A DNA stretch of 63,765 nucleotides, filler included, from Octopus bimaculoides (GCF_001194135.2; 7 parts of 7 records of this genome joined end to end with filler, not necessarily neighbours in it); one strand, 5' to 3'. Positions 10,086 through 22,490 are shown, numbered from the whole stretch's first letter. Numbers and translations are program-made. The notes: generated by a model not told the origin, from the letters alone.

Positions 10086-11067
10086 TGCGTTCCACTCGTC
10101 AGACGCTCCATTTGCTGTCAACACCCACTGAATGGAGGCTGGGCATGCCATGGCTGCTGATGAGTAGACATGCGCTGAAGCTGTGATATCTCCACTGCTT
10201 CCTAGACGGTGAGCAGGTATAATCGCCATTTGTCAGACACGATTTCCCACAGCTCGTCTTTTGTCTGAGCTGCAGTGCTGGATCAAGCGTAGACCAAAGC
10301 AGAGCTCCTGGCACTTATGGTGTAGTCAGGCACTCTTAGTCCTCTGTCAGTCAGGCAATGCGGTCGGTGGAAGTTCCACTCGGGCATTCTATAGAGGGCT
10401 AGTGTCGGGCAAATGCGACGACGTTCTTGAAGGGACTCTAGGCGTCGATGAGAATGAGTTGGTTGGTCTGTTTCGGAGGACTTTAGGGCCGGGGCCTAGG
10501 GATAACTTCCAGTGCTACTAAGGTTATTGTCGGTTCGGGATAGACTCTACAGGCATGGAAGTGCCGTTAGCCGGGCTTGCCCGAGGTGCGCACAGAGCGA
10601 CGAAACTGTTTTGCACGTTCTCGTCTAGTGCCTGAACATTGCTGACTTGTGGGCTTATGTCGAACATCTGTTGTCACGTATGGGACGGATCCGATTATAA
10701 ACCGAGGCCGTCGAGAAAATCGCCCACCGCCTACCTTTGGCCGGGAAGGGTAGGCACTCTTTCTTTATCTGATGTCCTTAGTGAAAGAGGTTGTGTGGTG
10801 GACCAGGCTGAAAGGGCTGAAGACAGAAACTTTCTTTTTTTAGCTAAGCCTTCATCAACTTTTTCAAATTTCACTTGAAAAGGAAAGTGAAGGTAGAGTG
10901 AAAAGTGCTGCCTCCCAGCAATTTTGTTAAAAGGTGGGTGAATGTTGCGCGAATGGTCCGAGTGAACCGGCATACTCTAAACATGCGATTCTTGATCGAG
11001 GGTAGATTAAATAGAGAGAGCACTTACCCAAGAGGTCAGGGCGATCGTGGTTTTTGTGAGATTTCCA
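10086..11067 (+). mobile_element. L1/Tx1-type LINE 3' fragment (ORF2 C-terminus, decayed)
   Basis: GC-richer block with zinc knuckle CPRCAQSDETVLHVLV*C at 10578, followed by SLVKEVVWWTRLKGL...FKFHLKRKVKVE, typical of Tx1-like ORF2 ends; several stops. Confidence 0.75.
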
Positions 11068-11140
11068 CGGACTAACCTCATCCTCAAGAATTTCAGGCTT
11101 TGTGCCTATGATAGAAGGGATTATTGTTAGAAGGGATTAT
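11068..11140 (+). mobile_element. SINE family B 3' tail fragment
   Basis: GGACTAA...AATTTCAGGCTTTGTGCCTATGATAGAAGGGATTATT matches the family B tail. Confidence 0.6.
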
Positions 11141-11287
11141 TAATAATTATTGTTGCTGTTATTATTTGAGAAATCCAAGAATTTCCTTAAAAGAATTTTA
11201 ACAAGAATTGGTTCTGTCTCCGGAAACATGCACAGCGTACATAACATGTATAACAATGTATAAATTATATAACAATATAAACATATA

Positions 11288-11745
11288 GGCGCAGGAGTGG
11301 CTGTGTGGTAAGTAGCTTGCTTACCAACCACATGATTCCGGGTTCATTCCCACTGCGTGGCACCTTGGGCAAGTGTCTTCTACTGTAGACTCGGGCCGAC
11401 CAAAGCCTTGTGAGTGGATTTGGTAGACGGAAACTGAAAGAAGCCCGTCGTATATATGTGTATATATATATATATATATATNNNNNNNNNNNNNNNNNNN
11501 NNNNNNNATATATATGTATGTATGTTTGTGTATGTTTGTGTCTGTGTTTGTCTCCCCAACATCGCTTGACAACCGATGCTGGTGTGTTTACGTCCCCGTA
11601 ACTTAGCGGTTCGGCAAAAGAGATCAATAGAATAAGTACTACGCTTCCAAAGAATAAGTCCTGGGGGTGATTTGCTCGACTAAAAGGCGGTGCTCTAGCA
11701 TGGCCACAGTCAAATGACTGAAACAAGAAAAAGAGTAAAAGAGAG
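11288..11745 (+). mobile_element. tRNA-derived SINE family A, full length, with internal microsatellite
   Basis: A-box TGGCTGTGTGG, B-box GGTTCATTCCC, CCTTGGGCAAGTGTCTT core, internal (TA)/(TG) tract, 3' tail ending GACTGAAACAAG-AAAAGAGT; about 12 related copies in the window. Confidence 0.92.
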
Positions 11746-12278
11746 TATATTTATACGAATAAATAGCAATGTATAACATTTATATAATGGATAGAACATG
11801 TTTAGGAGTGTTGGAAATTAAGAATCGTCGCCACGTATCCGAAGATTATAATATTGCTATTTACAGCTGTTGGTAGGAAACACAGTTGTTTAACCCATGG
11901 CCAACCATATCCAGCCAACAACCAGCCAACAGCTACCCACGGATATCCTACATTGATATCTAAAATTCTCTATCTACGATTGCGTTATCTCATGTGGTCC
12001 TTTGTAAGATGGTAGGGAATAGTTTCATGGTGAAGCAGCTGCTATTTGTATGTAGCTCGTTGAGGGACCATATTGAAGGGTAATCGCTGTTGTTTATATA
12101 TTTGTGACTGCTGAAATTGCCCCAGGAGTTGCTGCTACAGTAATTGGTGTTGCTACAGCTTCTGCTGTTGTTGTTGTTGTTGTTGTTGTTGATAATGATG
12201 ATGATGATGATGATGATTATGATCATGATGATGTTACTTTGTTACTTTTGTTCCTCGTCACCGCGGTGTCACTGTACG

Positions 12279-12312
<34 letters not shown>

Positions 12313-12325
12313 TTACTACATCACC

Positions 12326-12358
<33 letters not shown>

Positions 12359-12832
12359 CATTGTTATTGTTGTTTAACCCCAGGTTAACCTTGAGCGAGC
12401 AGACCTATGATCAAATGCATTCGAGCTTTGAGCCCTTCCATCATGGCTACATTACCTAATGTCTCCCTCTTATGAGAGGCTGGGAAATAATCTGCCTCCC
12501 AGAGGACCGAGCGACCGCACCGAGGCTATTGCAGATGTTGATGTCATTGTGAATGAGTAGTCTTCGGACGGCATTAACCCACCAGGCCTATACCATGCAA
12601 ATACTTGACCGAACTACAAAAAGCAACCCATAAGACATTGTTGCTTCAGATATACCACATCACCACCAGTCTGAGAGACAAACTGCACACACGCAATGAA
12701 TTATGTAAACTACAACCTGGCAACCTGGACACATCGTTCTCTTTACATTGTCCAGTCTATTTTTGTCCACTCACAGACATCGCTTGCAGCCTGACAACAT
12801 CATCATAATGTACTCTTTCTACTGTCCAGTGT

Positions 12833-13213
12833 TGTTGGCACTCCGTCGCTTACGACGTCGAGGGTTCCAGTTGATCCGATCAACGGATCAGCCTGCTCGT
12901 GAAATTAACGTGCAAGTGGCTGAGCACTCCACAGACACGTGTACCCTTAACGTAATTCTCGGGGATATTCAGCGTGACACAGTGTGACAAGGCTGGCCCT
13001 TTGAATTACAGGTACAACAGAAACAGGAAGCAAGAGTGAGAGAAAGTTGTGGTGAAAGTGTACAGCAGGGTTTGCCACCATCCCCGCCAGAGCCTTGTGG
13101 AGCTGTAGGTGCTTTCGCTCAATAAACACTCACAACTCCCGGTCTGGGAAACGAAACCGCGATCCTATGACCGCGAGTCCGCTGCCCTAACCACTGGGCC
13201 ATTGCGCCTCCAC
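12833..13213 (-). mobile_element. tRNA-derived SINE family C, full length, with 12-bp TSD
   Basis: Minus-strand head GGCGCAATGGCCCAGTGGTTAGGGCAGCGG (A-box TGGCCCAGTGG); TSD ACTGTCCAGTGT at 12821-12832 and 13214-13225; second copy at 39945-40315. Confidence 0.92.
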
Positions 13214-13240
13214 ACTGTCCAGTGTACACATGTAGATATT

Positions 13241-13460
13241 CTTTTCTACTCTAGGCACAAGGCCCGAAGATTTGGGCGGGGGGAGGGGGCCAGTCGATTA
13301 GATCGACCCCATTACGCAACTGGTACTTAATTTATCGACCCCGAAAGGATGAAAGGCAGAGCCGACCTCGGCGGAATTTGAACTCAGAACGTAAAGACAG
13401 ATGAAATACTGCTAAGCATTTCACCCGACGTGCTGACGTTTCTGCCAGCTCGCCGCCTTC
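13241..13460 (-). mobile_element. SINE family B, full length, with 17-bp TSD
   Basis: TSD GTACACATGTAGA(T/C)ATT at 13224-13240 and 13461-13477; B-box GAGTTCAAATTCC on the minus strand. Confidence 0.92.
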
Positions 13461-13949
13461 GTACACATGTAGACATTGCATACACTAACATTTGACTGAT
13501 GAATCATATAGGGGGCAGTGTGACAATCTGGACACACTGCACTCTTTCCATTGTCCAATATATTTCTGTACAGCCAATGATTATGATGGTTGCCACAGCA
13601 AATGTGGACAAGGTGGTCTTGGTCAGAGCGCGATAATTGCTGTTCCTCCCAACAACAATACTCTTGGTGTTTTGTATCTATTGATGCTACAGCCGTTTCT
13701 GTGTGAATGTGTTCCTCAGCCTTATCAGGGTTGAGTAAGAGACATAGCGTTTGTAGAGGATGTCATAGCAGAATCCTGAGATGTTGTATACGTGTCTTGA
13801 TAGGGATGCTTTTTCATATACTGACACGATCTGTAGATGTTTAAATTAACTGTCACAACAAACTGTGCTCCCGGCATGTTCAGATGGTCTTTCACTGTCA
13901 ATAGTTTTTTTTTCTTTGGTTCGATATATAGGCGGTCCATAGGTGCAGT

Positions 13950-14620
13950 CTGTGTGTGACCTGTTATGATGTACAGTGAGCTATTTTGTGTTCTTTGTTG
14001 CTTATTGCGGTTTGTTGTGGAAAGATTAGTGGTTCAGGCAAGGATGGTATAGTCCATGATGGATCTCATGTCTTATTTGTAAATGATTTTGGTGTTTCTC
14101 TCTGTTGGCAAAATGAGATAACTGTGACTCTTCTAAGTATATTTATGGTTCGTTTTTCTATATCTTTTTTACTATGTGCGTCATGAATGTTGTTGAAAAG
14201 TTGTATGTAACATCTAACGTTTTTTAATTCCGCGTTGTGTTGTTGAGTACAATCATTTGATATCTTTGCTGGTTATTTTTGTGTTCTTCGTATGGCGGTG
14301 ACAGCAGATTTGCTAGTCGCTGCTATAGAGTTAAGTTCCAAGGTGATGTATTCGGATTGAATTAGTCGCAAAAGTGTTTGAAAAATGGTGGAAGAATGAG
14401 TATATAATATCATCTACATACAACATTGCACGTCTGCTTTAAGGAAATGTAGAAGATCGTGTAAATATAGGTTGAAAACAATGGATGACGGACGGCTTTT
14501 TGTCGTACCTCACAAATTATTACAAGTTCTGAAAGTGTTGATCTTGTACACCATATAGAATTGGTAAATAAAACAGTAATTTGTTAGCCAACATTTTATA
14601 TATTTTTGTGTGAATGGATC
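13950..14620 (-). mobile_element. Highly decayed LINE RT remnant (I/Jockey-like)
   Basis: Minus-strand YVDDI at 14406-14420, preceded by a frameshifted GVRQ...FNLYLHD motif-B-like stretch; downstream thumb-like remnants. Confidence 0.5.
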
Positions 14621-14937
14621 GTAGAGAATGGATTCTCGGCAGCCATTACAGCTAAGTTTTGTCTTGTGTTTGATTTAAATAGAGATTGTTATCAAGTCTC
14701 TTCGCTTTCAGAACGAGGATTATCTATCTTCTGATAACATTTTGAAACATTTCAGTATAATCTCTTCTATTTTTCTATGTACGAAGGGAATAATGAGATT
14801 ATTTAAAATGTTTACGCTCCGCAGTGAACGATTTAAAGACTGTAGTCTATCTACATCAATTCTATCTTAGATTTTCTAATATAAGCCGTGTTGTACAATG
14901 TATAACACACACACACACACACACACGCACAAACACG

Positions 14938-14977
<40 letters not shown>

Positions 14978-16007
14978 NNNNNNNNNNNNNNNNNNNNNNN
15001 NNNNNNNNNNNNNNNNNNNNNNNNNNNNNNNNNNNNNNNNNNNNNNNNNNNNNNNNNNNNNNNNNNNNNNNNNNNNNNNNNNNNNNNNNNNNNNNNNNNN
15101 NNNNNNNNNNNNNNNNNNNNNNNNNNNNNNNNNNNNNNNNNNNNNNNNNNNNNNNNNNNNNNNNNNNNNNNNNNNNNNNNNNNNNNNNNNNNNNNNNNNN
15201 NNNNNNNNNNNNNNNNNNNNNNNNNNNNNNNNNNNNNNNNNNNNNNNNNNNNNNNNNNNNNNNNNNNNNNNNNNNNNNNNNNNNNNNNNNNNNNNNNNNN
15301 NNNNNNNNNNNNNNNNNNNNNNNNNNNNNNNNNNNNNNNNNNNNNNNNNNNNNNNNNNNNNNNNNNNNNNNNNNNNNNNNNNNNNNNNNNNNNNNNNNNN
15401 NNNNNNNNNNNNNNNNNNNNNNNNNNNNNNNNNNNNNNNNNNNNNNNNNNNNNNNNNNNNNNNNNNNNNNNNNNNNNNNNNNNNNNNNNNNNNNNNNNNN
15501 NNNNNNNNNNNNNNNNNNNNNNNNNNNNNNNNNNNNNNNNNNNNNNNNNNNNNNNNNNNNNNNNNNNNNNNNNNNNNNNNNNNNNNNNNNNNNNNNNNNN
15601 NNNNNNNNNNNNNNNNNNNNNNNNNNNNNNNNNNNNNNNNNNNNNNNNNNNNNNNNNNNNNNNTGTGTGTGTGTGTGTGTGTGTATGTATGTGCGTATGT
15701 ACGTACATATATCTATATATGTATGCATGTATATGTGCGTGCGTGTGAGTGTGTGTGTGTATACATACTAATAAGCCACGCGCTTTCACATGCGTACATA
15801 CATACATAGTTATCAATGCACACGAACAAATGAATTAAAGGATGGTACTAATGGTATGAGTCAATAAAAGAGCTGAGTATCCTGTAGCAGAAACAGCTGT
15901 AGGCTAATGAAATTCATTGCCTAATTTCCTCTTCCTTTGTCATTTTTGCAATTTCATTTTACTCTTCTCTACTCGTTTAACTCTTTATTCTGAATCATAT
16001 GTATATT

Positions 16008-16220
16008 GATTTCAAATTTTAGCAAAAGACCAGCGATTTCGAGTGAGGGGTAAGCCGATTACATCGACTCCATTACTCAGCTAGTAATTATTCTATCGAC
16101 TCCGAAAAGATAAAAGACAAAATCGACCTCGTCGGAATTCGATCTCAGATCATGAAAAAAGACGAAATGCTGTTAAGTATTTCGCCCGGTGTGCTAATGG
16201 CTCGGCTAAGCCCGCCGCCT
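16008..16220 (-). mobile_element. SINE family B, diverged
   Basis: Colinear with 13241-13460. Confidence 0.75.
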
Positions 16221-16334
16221 GGAAGCATTCATATATATTGAGTTCTGACACCAGTTTATTAATATCGTTATGCCTGAGCGAAATACAAATGTCTATGTGC
16301 GAGTGTGTGTCCATGTATATACCAATGTGAGTGT

Positions 16335-16535
16335 CCTTGTGTTTGTGCTTGTTCTATCACCGTTTGACAAGCGTTGTTGGTTTGTTTACATCCCCGTCAT
16401 TTTGCACTTCGGCAAAAAGACCGATAGAATAATTGCCAAGCATTAAAATGTGTCGATCCGTTCGTCTTAAACCCTTCGAGGCGGTGCTCCAGCTTTGCTG
16501 AAGTCTAAGGACTGAAACAAGTGAAAGGGAAAAGA
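16335..16535 (+). mobile_element. SINE family A-related 3' half, diverged
   Basis: TTTGACAAGCG...TTCGGCAAAAAGACCGATAGAATAA...GGCGGTGCTCCAGC...GACTGAAACAAG. Confidence 0.75.
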
Positions 16536-16660
16536 TACATACATACATGCATACATATATGCATACACATACATACACACGCACGCACGATCGCACGCAC
16601 ATACATACATACATACATACATACATACATACATACATTTATGTATGTATGTATACATAT

Positions 16661-17075
16661 ACTCTTTACTCTTTTACTTGTTTCAGTCATTTGACTGTGG
16701 CCATGCTGGAGCTCCGCTTTTAGTCGAGCAAATCGACCCCAGGATTTATTCTTTAGAAACCTAGTACTTATTCTATCGGGCTCTTTTGCCGAACCGCTAG
16801 GTTACGGGGACCTAAACACACCACACCAGCATCGGTTGTCAAGCAATGTTGGGGGGGGGGCAAACACAGACACAAACATATACACACACATACATATATA
16901 TACATATATACGGCGGTCATCTTTCAGTTTCCGTCTACCAAATCCACTCACAAGGCTTTAGTCGGCGCGAGGCTATAGTAGAAGACACTTGCCCAAGGTG
17001 CCACGCGCAGTGGGACTGAACCCGGAACCATGTGGTTGGTAAGCAAACTACTTACCACACAGCCACTCCTGCGCC
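16661..17075 (-). mobile_element. SINE family A, full length
   Basis: Reverse complement of the 11288-11745 structure. Confidence 0.92.
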
Positions 17076-17468
17076 TATATATATATTTATATATACACAT
17101 ATACATACATTTATTATAATGGCGTGAGTGGATGGTACCACCCTAAGTATAGACCTGTGAGTCGGAGGAAAGAAGCTGGAGAGGACACCTGTCCTTAGCG
17201 TTCAGGAAGATTTTGGATGGTGGGATCCTTCGATTATCCCTAGAGGTCCTCTTCTATCAGGAGGGCCCCATCACTATCACTTTTTCCACTTCTCTCTTGC
17301 TGTCCTATACTATGTATACTTCCTTTCTGTTAACGTATGACGTGTATACGTTGCGGGGTTTTTTTGTGTTTTTTTTTGTTTTTAAAATCATTCAATCATA
17401 ATTAAACATTTTATGTTTGTTTTTGTATTGTCACCCTCNNNNNNNNNNGCAAATAAAAGAAATCATTA

Positions 17469-17522
<54 letters not shown>

Positions 17523-17529
17523 TTTTACT

Positions 17530-17745
17530 AAGACTGCGAGCTGGCAAAGTTGTTAGTACGCAGGGCAATATGCTTAGTGGCATTTCGTCCTTCTTTACGT
17601 TCTGAGTTCAAATTCCGCTGAGGTTGACTTGCCTTTTATCTTTTTGTGCGCGATAAAATAAGTACCAGTTGAAACCTTGTGGTCGATTTAATCGACTTAC
17701 CTCTCCTTCGAACTTGCTAGTCCTGTGCCAAAATTTGAAACCACT
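17530..17745 (+). mobile_element. SINE family B (variant tail)
   Basis: GAGCTGGCA...GAGTTCAAATTCCGC...GATAAAATAAGTACCAGTT. Confidence 0.8.
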
Positions 17746-17756
17746 ATCATTATTAT

Positions 17757-17992
17757 GGTTAAGCACTTCACTCACATATGCGACCTTAACATAGTCTTCA
17801 GGGAGATTCTGTGACACACAGAATGTGACAAGGTTAGCACTTTGAATTACAGGTACAACTCATTTTTGCCAGCTGGTTGGACTGGAGCAACGTGAAATAA
17901 AGTGTCTTGCTCAAAGACACAACGCATCGCCGGGAATTGAACTCACGACCTTACGATCGTGAGCCGAATGCCCTAACCATTAAGCCACGTGT
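17757..17992 (-). mobile_element. tRNA-derived SINE family D (own head, 3' region shared with family C)
   Basis: Minus-strand TGGCTTAATGG A-box, GAGTTCAATTCCC B-box and TTGTGTCTTTGAGCAAGACACTTT core; plus-strand GTGACAAGG...TTTGAATTACAGGTACAAC is shared with family C. Confidence 0.8.
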
Positions 17993-18699
17993 CTTAGCAT
18001 ACATACATACATACATACATACATACAGTTATAAATGCGCGCGCACACACGCACACACACTTTTATTAAAACATGATACTAATGGTACAACTACTACTGC
18101 TGATGATGCTACTGCTATTATTACTATTACATTGTTACAATTTTCCTGTCTTCACAACCAGTACTACGATTTTAGTTTTTGGTTTTATATTTTGCTGTTA
18201 TTCAGCTCAATATAGCGCCTTCGGATTGAGCGTAGAATTTTCACTTTCTTCTGAGTGGTAGGCACACCATCCTTCGAATGCTTTTAACAGAGTCTACTCT
18301 CTTCCAAGCATTCAGTCCAAATTTTGAGTCCAGGGATTTCCGTTATCATTCTCCGCACCGTTACTCTCTACGCTTCCTTCAATTTCAATAAACAGATACA
18401 AAACCTTGGAGATTTCTCCTTCCTCTTTCCAAACACTCAAGGACCCACCACCACCACCATCCAGCTTACATCCCGTACATCACTTCTTACACGCAAGCCA
18501 TATATCCTATTTATCTTAGGGGCACAGATTTCTCAATCCATATCTACAACCAATCTATATTGTCTACAATACATTCTCTATGCATTCTCATTCGTAAACT
18601 TCATTTTCTCTGTTTTACTTCTTACATTTCAGCAATAATTAGTAACTTCCAGATTCTCTGGCTCAAAATCTCCCTGTCTCATCCCCACTAAATACATTT

Positions 18700-18785
18700 A
18701 AATCGTTAGCGACATTTCGTCTGTCTTTATGTTCTGAGTTCAAATTCCGCCGAGGTCGACTTGAAATAAGTATCAGTTGATCACT
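18700..18785 (+). mobile_element. SINE family B fragment with internal deletion
   Basis: TTCTGAGTTCAAATTCCGCCGAGGTCGACTT-GAAATAAGTATCAGTT. Confidence 0.65.
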
Positions 18786-18829
18786 AACTGACACACAAAA
18801 TGTGACAAGGCTCTACAAATTCCTAAAAG

Positions 18830-19880
18830 CCACCAACACTTCTTTGACAGTATTTTCTCCCCCATTTAGGATATATATCTAAACTCTTTTCCCTCAGAAG
18901 GCAACGTTTTTGGTGACTTCCATGTTCACATTTCCTCACGGCTCTCACACTCGCTTTACAGAACCCGAGCCCTTTTCTATTCTCAATTCTTCACACCAAC
19001 TTGTTTTATCTCTTAATCCTTACTACCATTCCATACCGACACACAGACAACCCAAGCACTCCTGATCTCTTATTCAGTCCTAAGCCCAACCTCCATCAAA
19101 CTGTCAATCTCTGCATCTGTCAGGTTTTCCGACCACTCTCTCATTCCAACTCTCCCACGTACAATTTCTTACTAAATAAATGTCCTTTCTCACGAACCTT
19201 CCAGTGTTTCAAGCCTGCCGAGTGGTTGGAGCTCCCCTAGCTTTGTACCACTTATCGCGGACGGCACACTTCCTTTCCACCAGTCCATCAAAAACAGCTA
19301 AGCTGATGACGGAAACCATACATTTAGACTTTTCACTATATATCTCACATACAACCGCAATGTCCCAAGTCCTTCAAGTGTTTTTTGCGTAGCTGTAGTT
19401 CAGCTGTGCGGGCAAAGAACATAGCCTACAATGCCGAGAGAATTTCATTCACTTTCCACTCCTCAAAAACACCCAGCAGCGCAACTCTTATGAGATTATA
19501 AAGATATGAAGAAAGTCTCCATCTTCGCTGCCTGCTTTGTATCCAACTATAAACTACACAACATTGGACAATTCTTTTCAAATACAGCCCCATTCCACGC
19601 CACCAAGCTCTCTATGCCTCATTCACACACACCATGTGCGGAAATACTTTGGGTTGTTTTTTATAAATAAAGTCATTAACCCTGACAATGTACCTTCCAT
19701 TGCAATCAAGCATACTTTCCAAAACTTGATTCTATATTCATCAGTCTTCAATCTCTCATTCGCTACGGGAAGATACCATGATGTTTGGAAGCACGATTCA
19801 ACACGTCCCATTCCAAAGATCAACACCTTATCTTCCGCCTTGGCTACTCCGCTCCTTTGGGTATGAATACTGTGGCCACG
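18830..19880 (+). mobile_element. Decayed CR1/L2/Jockey-group LINE: APE endonuclease plus RT N-terminus
   Basis: FGDFHVH (18912), STPDLLFS, FSDHSLI (19128-19136), then NPDNVPSIAIK...SVFNLSFATGRYHDVWKHDSTRPIPK. Confidence 0.7.
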
Positions 19881-20649
19881 ATAACATAACAACACCGCAC
19901 CGCATTCTATCCTCTCACATTCACCCCATCATACTGTTTCACACTTTATACAACCATGACACAGACACATACTATATAGATTTGACATATCGCAAACTCC
20001 ACTGTATATGGCAAAACTACCCACTAAATGTGCACACAAACACACTGAAACACACACCATTCCATCTTAAATCTACTTCCAACCTACGATCCGTTACACA
20101 TTCCTCCATACAATAGCGCATCATGCAAATACATTATGCAAAGGTATCCCTCTTTTGCCACACATATAATCTAAACATACACAACAAACATCGTTATCGT
20201 GAGCGAACCAAGGCAAATAACCCCAAGTGGGGTAAAAATGAAATTCTTGGGGATAATGAGGACTCTTTGCACATAAGTAAAATTATATAAAAACCGTGTT
20301 CCTTGTTACGACGGAGATTTTTCTTCTGCCAACACTGCATCTGTCCAATGTAACGAACGTATTTAGGAAACGTCACACCTAACAGACTCAATAGACCTTT
20401 TGAATTCAAAGAATCTATGATTTTCTTCCTTTCAAATCAAGTGGGGTAACGTCGGCGAAAATGAATATATTTGGGTGTAAATAGTGAAAAAAAGTTCCCT
20501 GACTCCTGCTTTTCAGCACTGGCCCTGGTACTCTACGCTCTGAAATCAAAGAACAGCGATACTTCTTGCAGGAGTTGAGGTTGACAGTTTCAGCAACGGG
20601 GAAAACCAATAGGAATGTAGTTTCCTTAGTTCGATCGGAGGATCGATTG

Positions 20650-20691
<42 letters not shown>

Positions 20692-21576
20692 TGAAATTAA
20701 TATTAAGGCCACTTCAATCGAGTTTGATCTTGACATGATCAAGCCTAATGTATGTATGTATGTATGTATGTGTATAGATAAGCGTGGTTACATGTACGTG
20801 TATACATACAAATATATATATACACATATATGTATGCATGTATATATNNNNNNNNNNNNNNNNNNNNNNNNNNNNNNNNNNNNNNNNNNNNNNNNNNNNN
20901 NNNNNNNNNNNNNNNNNNNNNNNNNNNNNNNNNNNNNNNNNNNNNNNNNNNNNNNNNNNNNNNNNNNNNNNNNNNNNNNNNNNNNNNNNNNNNNNNNNNN
21001 NNNNNNNNNNNNNNNNNNNNNNNNNNNNNNNNNNNNNNNNNNNNNNNNNNNNNNNNNNNNNNNNNNNNNNNNNNNNNNNNNNNNNNNNNNNNNNNNNNNN
21101 NNNNNNNNNNNNNNNNNNNNNNNNNNNNNNNNNNNNNNNNNNNNNNNNNNNNNNNNNNNNNNNNNNNNNNNNNNNNNNNNNNNNNNNNNNNNNNNNNNNN
21201 NNNNNNTATGTATATATATATATATATACGCATACATGCATTTATGCAAACATACATACACATATATAGAAATAGATGTTTGTACACACGGGTCCTTAAT
21301 ATATGGTGCAGAATATAATTACCATCGGATGATGACTTCTGTTGTGACTTGAAATTTTTCCAAATTTTGTTATTGTTATTGTTGATGTCGATGATGATGA
21401 TGATGATGAGTAGGAGGAGGAGGGGGAATGGCCATGACGATGCTACTGCTGATGAGGATTGCGATGGTTATGATGAATGTCACGATGAGTGCAAGGGCAG
21501 CTCTCCTCACAAAGTCCGTCTGTGCCCTCATACCCTAACTATCCTTTACCTCTTCCTCCCTTACATTCCCCCCCCC

Positions 21577-21676
21577 NNNNNNNNNNNNNNNNNNNNNNNN
21601 NNNNNNNNNNNNNNNNNNNNTTAATTAATTAANNNNNNNNNNNNNNNNNNNNNNNNNNNNNNNNNNNNNNNNNNNN
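21577..21676. other. Artificial scaffold linker (44 N + TTAATTAATTAA + 44 N); identical at 37296-37395, 45817-45916, 51408-51507, 59010-59109 and 61354-61453
   Basis: Identical 100-bp layout six times; the 12-mer gives stop codons in all six frames. Confidence 0.95.
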
Positions 21677-22359
21677 CCAAATTCCGCCTTCTGCTTAATC
21701 ATACTAGACCTAAGCTTAAAAATTCATTCCTATAACTACTACTACCACAACTACTACATCATGTTTACACTACTAGCACTATGAATACAGCGCCACGACA
21801 TTACCATGACCACCACCACCACCACCACCACCATCACTATACCGCTTTGCTACCTCAGCCACCACCGACACCTGCACATCTATGCCACAACTTCTACATC
21901 ACCACTAACAGCACTAGCACTACCTTCACCATTACAATCTCTTCCACTTCATCGCCACACCACCACCGCCACCACCACCAATAAGAATATTATAGTGATG
22001 CAATTTCTTAATAAAGTATCTTAATTAAGTATATAAAATAAATAATTTTGTGTGCTGTGAGGAGAAAATCTTAACGATTAGTGAGAGGTCTTGCGGGTTA
22101 ATAAGCCTATTGTACTTTATGGACTTTACATAATATGGGAACAGTCGACAGAGCCTATACATTAAGCAAAGTAAATTTGAAAATGGAAGCATAATTGTCG
22201 CTTGATACAATTCTGATACCAACCACAAAACTAGACACGGTCAGGTTACGAACTAGTAAGGGAACATCTATGTGGTCGCTATAGCGTGCGAGCAGTAGTA
22301 GCTAAATATCTTTTATACCAAACTGCAATGAATAAAAATAAAGACTTCATTACATATTG

Positions 22360-22490
22360 CCTCATGGCCTAGCGGTTAGGATATTTGATTCCTTGGGACG
22401 GTTAGTAGGTTTGATTCCCGGAACAGCTGGTGCATTGTATCCTCAAGCAAGATATTTTCCCGTTGTTCCAATCTATTCCGTTGCAAATAT
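22360..22490 (+). mobile_element. Degenerate tRNA-derived SINE head (family D-like)
   Basis: TGGCCTAGCGG A-box, GGTTTGATTCCC B-box, then TGTATCCTCAAGCAAGATATTT. Confidence 0.55.

Noticed and set aside
12374-12440. Short motif loosely similar to 37689-37760 and 51958-52020
   Set aside because: Too diverged to define by eye; probably fragments of an old repeat.
12833-13213. tRNA genes at SINE heads (also 11288, 17992, 22360, 39290, 40315)
   Set aside because: A/B boxes are present but there is no complete cloverleaf or acceptor stem, and they continue into SINE bodies.
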